NCBI GenBank assembly: GCA_049968235.1
Contig: JBMFRC010000005.1
Span: 1 to 64,000 of the forward strand
DNA: 64,000 bases
DNA from: Candidatus Hydrogenedens sp.
Lineage (GTDB): Bacteria > Hydrogenedentota > Hydrogenedentia > Hydrogenedentales > Hydrogenedentaceae
Direction: 5' to 3'
The notes under the pieces were generated by a model that was given only the letters and a program-made list of their open reading frames with translations, did not search any database and had not been told where the DNA came from. Position 1 is the stretch's first letter; each line of letters opens with the position of its first letter. This document shows, piece by piece, positions 58,165 to 64,000 of the stretch. Made by a program: the position numbers and the translations under genes.

Positions 58165-58947
58165 ATGAGTTATAACTATCTACTTACAGAGAAAGTGAAT
58201 GCGAGTTTCTGGGTTACTCTGAACCGTCCCAAGGCGAATGCTCTTTCTCGCGAATTACTTATAGAGATTTACAACGCCATTGAGGAAGCAGAGAAAGACC
58301 CGAATGTGAGGGCTGTTATAATTACAGGAGGTGATGGGAAATTTTTTGCGGCAGGTGCAGATATTCCGACCATAGCAGAGGACCTTGATGACCCTATGGG
58401 CGAAGGGAAGATGCTTTCACAGGGGATAAAAACGATGAATCGCATAGAAGCATGCACAAAACCCGTGATTGCTGGGGTCAATGGTTTTGCTTTAGGTGGT
58501 GGTTGTGAACTGGCACTTGCCTGTCATATTCGAATTGCTTCTGCAATGGCGACATTTGGTCAACCTGAAATTAACTTAGGGATTATTCCCGGTTGGGGAG
58601 GAACATTTCGTCTCCCTCGTGTTGTTGGTGAAGGTCTCGCTATGGATTTGATATTAACAGGTAGAAGTATATCCGCAGAGGAAGCCTTACGGTATGGTCT
58701 GGTCAGTAAGGTTGTTCCTCATGAAGAACTGAGAAAAACGGCACAGGAATTGGCAGACCTGCTTACGAGCAAACCACCTGTGGCACTTCGTGAACTTATT
58801 TTATTGCAAAAAAAGCGAATAACAGAGCCTGCTCATGCTCCGGATTATGAAAAATCTGCATTTGAGCAATGTGCAAAAACAGCAGATGCTCGGGAAGGTG
58901 TAGAAGCATTTTTAAATAAACGTACGCCTCAATTTAAGGGCATATAA
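58165..58947 (+). CDS. enoyl-CoA hydratase/isomerase (crotonase) family
   Basis: Oxyanion-hole and catalytic motifs GGDGKFFAAGADI, NGFALGGGCELALACH and PE...G. Length 260 aa. RBS GAAGGAG. Confidence 0.8.
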   Translation: MSYNYLLTEKVNASFWVTLNRPKANALSRELLIEIYNAIEEAEKDPNVRAVIITGGDGKFFAAGADIPTIAEDLDDPMGEGKMLSQGIKTMNRIEACTKPVIAGVNGFALGGGCELALACHIRIASAMATFGQPEINLGIIPGWGGTFRLPRVVGEGLAMDLILTGRSISAEEALRYGLVSKVVPHEELRKTAQELADLLTSKPPVALRELILLQKKRITEPAHAPDYEKSAFEQCAKTADAREGVEAFLNKRTPQFKGI

Positions 58948-59138
58948 ACAGTACTTAAATCCAGGAACTTTTATAGCGTGTGAAGTATCCTCATGAAAAG
59001 TAAGAATGTTTACTCATTCAACACACTATTTTTTGTTCATTGGTAGATATATTACCATGTAAAATCAGTTGTTTTGACTGGTTTCGTCGTTCAGGATTGA
59101 GGTGCATATAGGGACCATATTACGGATGTTCTCTATAT

Positions 59139-60482
59139 ATGGTAATATATAGGTGTATATTAGAGAATGAATTTATGCTGATAGTAGATATAGTAAAATC
59201 GTTGAACAAAATGTTGGGTTTATTTAACCCACAATTAGCCCCGCATCTGGCACAGGTTACATATTTAAGTAAGAAAATAGGTGAACATCTGGGCTTGTCT
59301 CCACAGGCAATGCAGGACTTAGTAATAGCCTCGTCTATTCATGATATTGGTTTACTGTCTTTATCTCAGAAAGAAAGTTATTTGCTTTTAGAAGAGAGTT
59401 TCCCTGCGACGCATTCATTAACAGTCTTTTTATTGTTTAATAATATCCCATTTTTTCATCAGCCATCTAAGATCGTTAAATATCATCATGCTAATTATGA
59501 TAGGCGGGGCATCCATTCTTTTCAAAATAACTTTGATGATGGTTCAATTCCATTAGAAAGTTATATCATTAGATTGGCAGATCGATTGGCGGTTCATATA
59601 AATCCGTTGCAACCGATTCTCGAGCAGGTAGAGGATGTTTATCGATACATCGAGGTAAGCAAGGATCTTTACCATCCTGAAGTATTAGATGTATTTAATT
59701 CTGTTATTAAGAAGCAGGACTATCTATGGCTTGAATTAGTAACCATTCCCCCCGATTTGATGTTGGAAAAAATTTTATTAGAGAGTATGAGCCGGGTGCC
59801 GGAAAAAAATATATTTTCAGAAATAGCAGAAATAATCGGGTATTTAATTGATTTTAAAAGTCAATTTACAGCAAGTCATAGTTATTGTGTTGCGGAAATA
59901 TCTTCGTGGTTATTTCATTCCGGTAAGTTCCCCGTGGAAGAGCCGTGTGATATTATTCGAGAGGCAGGTTTCCTGCATGATATAGGGAAATTGGCTATAC
60001 CTATAGAGATACTTGAGAAACCGGGGCAACTCAATTCAAAAGAGTGGAATATTATGCGAGCCCATGTGTATTACAGTCATATTGCATTAGAGACTATGTA
60101 TAAGGAATATCCGTGTTTGAGGTATACGCCATATCATCATGAAAAATTAGATGGTTCGGGTTATCCATTCGGCTTAAAGGGAGAAGATATTCCTGTTATT
60201 GCTCGAATTATTGCTGTATCCGATGTATTTACTGCAATTACAGAGAACAGACCATACCGTGGCGAATTAACCGAAAGTGAAGTTGTAAAAATCATGAAGC
60301 CTATGGCAGTTTCAAAGAAGTTAGATGAAGATATAGTAAATTATGTCCTTGCCCATTTTAAAGAAGCAAAAGAACGGCGTGATGAGGCGGAATCTTTAGC
60401 CCGGCATGTTTATAACGGGTTTAGAGAAGATATTAGAAAGTATTACGAAAATGAACTAAAGAGTAAAAGAATAAGTGTATAA
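59139..60482 (+). CDS. tandem HD-GYP-domain protein (c-di-GMP phosphodiesterase family); the N-terminal copy looks degenerate
   Basis: C-terminal copy HSYCVAE...FLHDIGKLAIP...YHHEKLDGSGYPFGL (HD ... HHExxDGSGYP). N-terminal copy AQVTYLSKKIGE...SIHDIGLL...KYHHANYDRRG. Confidence 0.7.
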   Translation: MVIYRCILENEFMLIVDIVKSLNKMLGLFNPQLAPHLAQVTYLSKKIGEHLGLSPQAMQDLVIASSIHDIGLLSLSQKESYLLLEESFPATHSLTVFLLFNNIPFFHQPSKIVKYHHANYDRRGIHSFQNNFDDGSIPLESYIIRLADRLAVHINPLQPILEQVEDVYRYIEVSKDLYHPEVLDVFNSVIKKQDYLWLELVTIPPDLMLEKILLESMSRVPEKNIFSEIAEIIGYLIDFKSQFTASHSYCVAEISSWLFHSGKFPVEEPCDIIREAGFLHDIGKLAIPIEILEKPGQLNSKEWNIMRAHVYYSHIALETMYKEYPCLRYTPYHHEKLDGSGYPFGLKGEDIPVIARIIAVSDVFTAITENRPYRGELTESEVVKIMKPMAVSKKLDEDIVNYVLAHFKEAKERRDEAESLARHVYNGFREDIRKYYENELKSKRISV

Positions 60483-60507
60483 ATTGATTGTTCCGTAACA
60501 AAGATAT

Positions 60508-61089
60508 CTATTCGTGAGTATAAATAACCGCTAATATACAAGCCTTTTCTTCATTGGCTGAACGAACTTCATGTGGCGTGGTAGAATCGTAATAAATACT
60601 ATCCCCGGGAGATAAAATGAATATATCCGAACCATACGACACCTGTATTTTCCCGGAGAGAACGTAAATAAACTCTTCCCCTTCATGTACAGAGAACATA
60701 CAATCCTCAGATACGGTAGGATGAATATCAATTAAGAAAGGTTCCATATGTCTACCTGCTTTGTTACAGGCTAAAGGATGAAACTCGAGAGTGCTGGTGT
60801 CCGAAGCAACACGGATACCGGAAAAACGAACAATTGGGCTTTCTTTATCTCCCTTACGAGTAATTACAGGACCAGCATGAGTTTTTTCATCCAATAGGGT
60901 ACCTAAATGAACACCCAATCCACGGGCTATCTGGAGAAGCGGGGCTAAAGAAGGAGATAGATGTCCTTCTTCCAGTGCTTCAATGATTTCTGGTTTGCAA
61001 TGACTCCGTTGGGCTAACTCTTCACGAGAAATCCCTTTCTTCTCACGAAGTCGTGCTATATGTTGCCCCAAACTGCTTGAAAGTGCCAT
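60508..61089 (-). CDS. XRE-family HTH transcriptional regulator with a C-terminal cupin domain
   Basis: N-terminal HTH_3 (IARLREKKGISREELAQRS). The C-terminal cupin carries H..E...H-like residues (FSVHEGEEFIYVLSG ... TPHEV). Confidence 0.7.
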   Translation of the reverse strand: MALSSSLGQHIARLREKKGISREELAQRSHCKPEIIEALEEGHLSPSLAPLLQIARGLGVHLGTLLDEKTHAGPVITRKGDKESPIVRFSGIRVASDTSTLEFHPLACNKAGRHMEPFLIDIHPTVSEDCMFSVHEGEEFIYVLSGKIQVSYGSDIFILSPGDSIYYDSTTPHEVRSANEEKACILAVIYTHE

Positions 61090-61170
61090 AATGATTTCTC
61101 CTGTTCAGTTTAAAAATCCAGAAGTGTTTGTATCTATCATATCATAAGATTATGATTTATTAATATCCCT

Positions 61171-61977
61171 ATGATAACCAAAAACAAAATTCTGAAAATA
61201 CGAAACATTTTTGACAGGGTATATACCCGGTATCATCACAAACAATTTGCCTTGAACGACCCGGTACACTGGATTTATTCTTATCCTAACAATGAGGACA
61301 AGGAAATAATTGGACTTATCTCGGCACTTTTTGCTTTTGGGAATGCGAAATCATTTAATAGCAAGATAAAAAAAATTATCTCCTTATGGCATTCCCCGTC
61401 AAAAGAACTATTGAATTGGTCTTATAGTGATTTTCAATTGTCTCTTGCAGGGTTCCAACATAGATTTGTAAGTGGTGGAACTGTCGCTAATTTTTTATAT
61501 GGGCTCCGCCGAATTCGGGAAGAGTATGGAACGATAGGCTTTTGTATGTTACAGCATTATAAACAATCCTCGGGAAATTTATGGCATACATTACAAAGCA
61601 TTACAGATGAATTGCGTAAATTAGCGGAGTGTCCACTACATTTTTTAGTTCCTATGCCGAATAATGGGGGTGCCTGTAAACGGCTCTGGCTTTACCTTCG
61701 CTGGATGGTGCGAAGGGATGAAATTGATGTCGGTTGTTGGGATTTTATAAGACCCTCTCAATTAATTATTCCTTTAGATACTCACATATACCAATGGGCT
61801 ATATCCCTTCGTCTTATTTCTCCGCGTTCTCTAAATGCAAAAACCGCAATGTTATTAACGGAAATATTTCGTCAGATATGCCCTGAGGACCCTTTGCGGT
61901 ATGATTTTTCCCTTTGTCAGGCGGGTATGTTGGGAATGCGAGATAAAATCTTATATGATGAAAGGAAAGGAAAGTAA
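61171..61977 (+). CDS. hypothetical protein (DUF2400/TIGR02757-like)
   Basis: 268 aa. The N-terminal ...DPVHWIY.....EDKEIIGLISALFAFGN... resembles TIGR02757. It is adjacent to a nucleotide-sugar dehydrogenase. Low confidence. Confidence 0.4.
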   Translation: MITKNKILKIRNIFDRVYTRYHHKQFALNDPVHWIYSYPNNEDKEIIGLISALFAFGNAKSFNSKIKKIISLWHSPSKELLNWSYSDFQLSLAGFQHRFVSGGTVANFLYGLRRIREEYGTIGFCMLQHYKQSSGNLWHTLQSITDELRKLAECPLHFLVPMPNNGGACKRLWLYLRWMVRRDEIDVGCWDFIRPSQLIIPLDTHIYQWAISLRLISPRSLNAKTAMLLTEIFRQICPEDPLRYDFSLCQAGMLGMRDKILYDERKGK

Positions 61978-61991
61978 TAACTATTAAGGAT

Positions 61992-63284
61992 ATGTTTATG
62001 GAAACAGGATTGATAAAGAAAGTAGGTGTGTTAGGTTTAGGATATGTAGGGCTTCCTCTTGCATTGGAATTTCACAGGAGCGGTTTGCAAGTATGGGGAA
62101 TTGATACGGACAGGGAAAGAATTCATCATCTGAAATCCGGCATATCCTATATTGATGATGTATCCTCCGAAGTTATTCAGCAAGCGATGAAGACAAATCG
62201 CTTCCTTGTAACGGATGAGTATGAAATACTCAGGGAAATAGAAGCAATTTGTATTTGTGTCCCTACCCCTTTGAATAAGATTCAAGAACCGGACCTGTCT
62301 TTTATTATACAGGCGGTTGATGCTATAGAACCTTATCTGCATCAGGGGATGCTGATTGTGCTCGAAAGTACCACCTATCCCGGAACCACAGAAGAAGTGG
62401 TATTGCCCCGTTTGTCGAAATCAGGCTTGTGTGCAGGGAAAGACTTCTTCCTTGCTTTTTCACCAGAACGCTATGACCCGGGGAATAAACAATTCAATAT
62501 ACGAAATACACCCAAGATTATAGGCGGGATTACACCTGCATGTACTCAGAAAGCGAAAGAACTCTATCAAAATATCATTGCTGAAATTGTGCCTGTATCC
62601 AATGCAAAAACAGCAGAAATGGTGAAGTTACTGGAAAATACTTTTCGTGCTGTCAACATCGCACTTGTCAACGAAATGGCAATGATGTGTGATGCATTAG
62701 GCATAGATATATGGGAGGTAATAGATTCCGCTCGCACTAAACCATTTGGTTTTATGCCTTTCTATCCGGGACCCGGATTGGGGGGACATTGCATCCCTGT
62801 TGACCCGGTATATCTTTCCTGGAAAATGAAGACATTGAATTATACTGCACGATTTATAGAATTGGCGCGAACGATTAATTCTTCTATGCCAAAATATGTA
62901 GTAGAGAAAATGGCAGATAGCTTAAACAAGCAGAAAAAAAGTATTCAGGGAAGTAAAATTTTAATTTTAGGTGTAACTTATAAAAAGGATATTTCAGACC
63001 TTCGAGAGTCTCCTGCATTGGATATTATTTCATTACTGACAAGAAAAGGGGCGGATGTATATTTCTCTGACCCGTATGTAAGCCAATTAGAAGTTGAGGA
63101 GAAACAGTTACAATCTTACCCAATAACCGAGGACCTATCCTTATTTGACCTCGTAGTTATAATTACTGACCACTCCATCTATAACTATGAAGATATCGTT
63201 AAAAAAGCACAGTTCGTTTTAGATACGCGTAATGCGACAAAAAATATTAGCCCATTCTTAAAAGAAAAGGTAATAAAACTATAA
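61992..63284 (+). CDS. UDP-glucose/GDP-mannose-family nucleotide-sugar dehydrogenase (WecC/TviB/Ugd-like)
   Basis: N-terminal Rossmann VGVLGLGYVGLPLALEF. Catalytic Cys region GGHCIPVDP. Length 430 aa. Confidence 0.8.
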   Translation: MFMETGLIKKVGVLGLGYVGLPLALEFHRSGLQVWGIDTDRERIHHLKSGISYIDDVSSEVIQQAMKTNRFLVTDEYEILREIEAICICVPTPLNKIQEPDLSFIIQAVDAIEPYLHQGMLIVLESTTYPGTTEEVVLPRLSKSGLCAGKDFFLAFSPERYDPGNKQFNIRNTPKIIGGITPACTQKAKELYQNIIAEIVPVSNAKTAEMVKLLENTFRAVNIALVNEMAMMCDALGIDIWEVIDSARTKPFGFMPFYPGPGLGGHCIPVDPVYLSWKMKTLNYTARFIELARTINSSMPKYVVEKMADSLNKQKKSIQGSKILILGVTYKKDISDLRESPALDIISLLTRKGADVYFSDPYVSQLEVEEKQLQSYPITEDLSLFDLVVIITDHSIYNYEDIVKKAQFVLDTRNATKNISPFLKEKVIKL

Positions 63285-63480
63285 ATAGCAATAACGCTCC
63301 TGTATGCCTCTTTAATTCTGGGGAAATTATCTTGTACAAAATTCATTATATAACCCCTGCCTAGTATTTATACTAAATATCCTTGTAGTCTTTTACAAAA
63401 AATCTCCGCATTCTCTCTGTGTTACTCTCCCGTTAAAAATTGTATTCTACTCATTTCTGTTCGTTTAATTCATGATTAAA

Positions 63481-63800
63481 AATATGAGAGACTTCTGAAC
63501 AATCAGTGTAAGAGGTAATGTTATAAATTATACATGTTTTTATGAGATAAAATCCCGATGAGAAATTAAAATACAAGAGTCTATATCTCTACTTCTATCC
63601 GTTTATATATCTTTTTGTATCGATGCATATTTGTCCTTTTGCTCCCTTAATTCCCCATACATCCACTTCAAATTATTGCGGACATTAACAAAAAATGATA
63701 TGCTCATCTTCTATGCATCTCTGTGCCCCTCCGTGTCCTCTGTGGTGAAAAGAATATAATCAACCACAGAGAACACAGAGAAACACGGAGAAAAAAGGAT
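63481..63800 (+). repeat. intergenic composite repeat, copy C
   Basis: Begins ~200 bp after the dehydrogenase stop. Carries all four modules, including the clear hairpin CTCTGTGGT-gaaaagaatataatcaa-CCACAGAG. Confidence 0.75.
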
Positions 63801-64000
63801 AAGAAAAATATAAATCAGGGAAAGATTATTAGCGTTTTATAGTTTAAGATTGGGAAAGTGTGATAAAATAAATAACAGAGGTTCGTTATTTCGTTTTATT
63901 AAATGGAGATATAAATATGAATAGTGGTGGACAAATAAAAAAAATCATTTATAGTTTAAGTATAGTATGTTTTTTATTTACCAATATATCCCTTCTTGCA

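Noticed and set aside
58948-59138. Possible intrinsic terminator after the crotonase gene
   Set aside because: Only a 5-bp stem (GTGTG/CACAC) with a ~39-nt loop before the T-run, which is too weak to call.

Overview
This is a gene-dense bacterial chromosome window of about 64 kb with low to moderate GC, probably from an uncultivated lineage. I saw no rRNA genes, no CRISPR array, no intact transposase or integrase, and no P-loop ATPase in the whole window. Many genes encode secreted or lipoprotein modular proteins. The FG-GAP protein, the Ser/Thr-kinase–FGE fusion, the dockerin-like C-terminal repeats and the PEP-CTERM-like tail are reminiscent of PVC-superphylum or candidate-phylum genomes, but that is only an impression. 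Housekeeping genes I recognise are murG (isolated from any dcw cluster), purU, lgt, ispH, nadK, pepF-like M3B peptidase, a crotonase, a nucleotide-sugar dehydrogenase, a tRNA-His(GTG) and flgM with a textbook sigma-28 promoter. Accessory content includes a family of secreted proteins sharing EG/TPEG low-complexity linkers and a twin dockerin/EF-hand-like C-terminal module. One of these is a mosaic of GLUG, PASTA, TPEG and dockerin-like modules. A 1504-aa surface protein is built of about 13 DUF5011-like Ig repeats, with a perfect 267-bp tandem duplication and a PEP-CTERM-like tail. An IS481-like transposase N-terminal remnant lies at 25238..25363, and an AT-rich islet of small membrane-protein ORFs at about 51.0-53.9 kb. 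A nucleotide second-messenger neighbourhood contains a cNMP-binding protein, a PilZ-NadK operon and a tandem HD-GYP protein. The signal I find most novel is a roughly 300-bp composite intergenic repeat present in three same-orientation copies (54.5, 56.6 and 63.5 kb). Each has conserved modules and an imperfect hairpin, does not look like a classic MITE, and could be a new ncRNA or regulatory element family. All functional calls come from motif recognition by eye; I ran no database searches.
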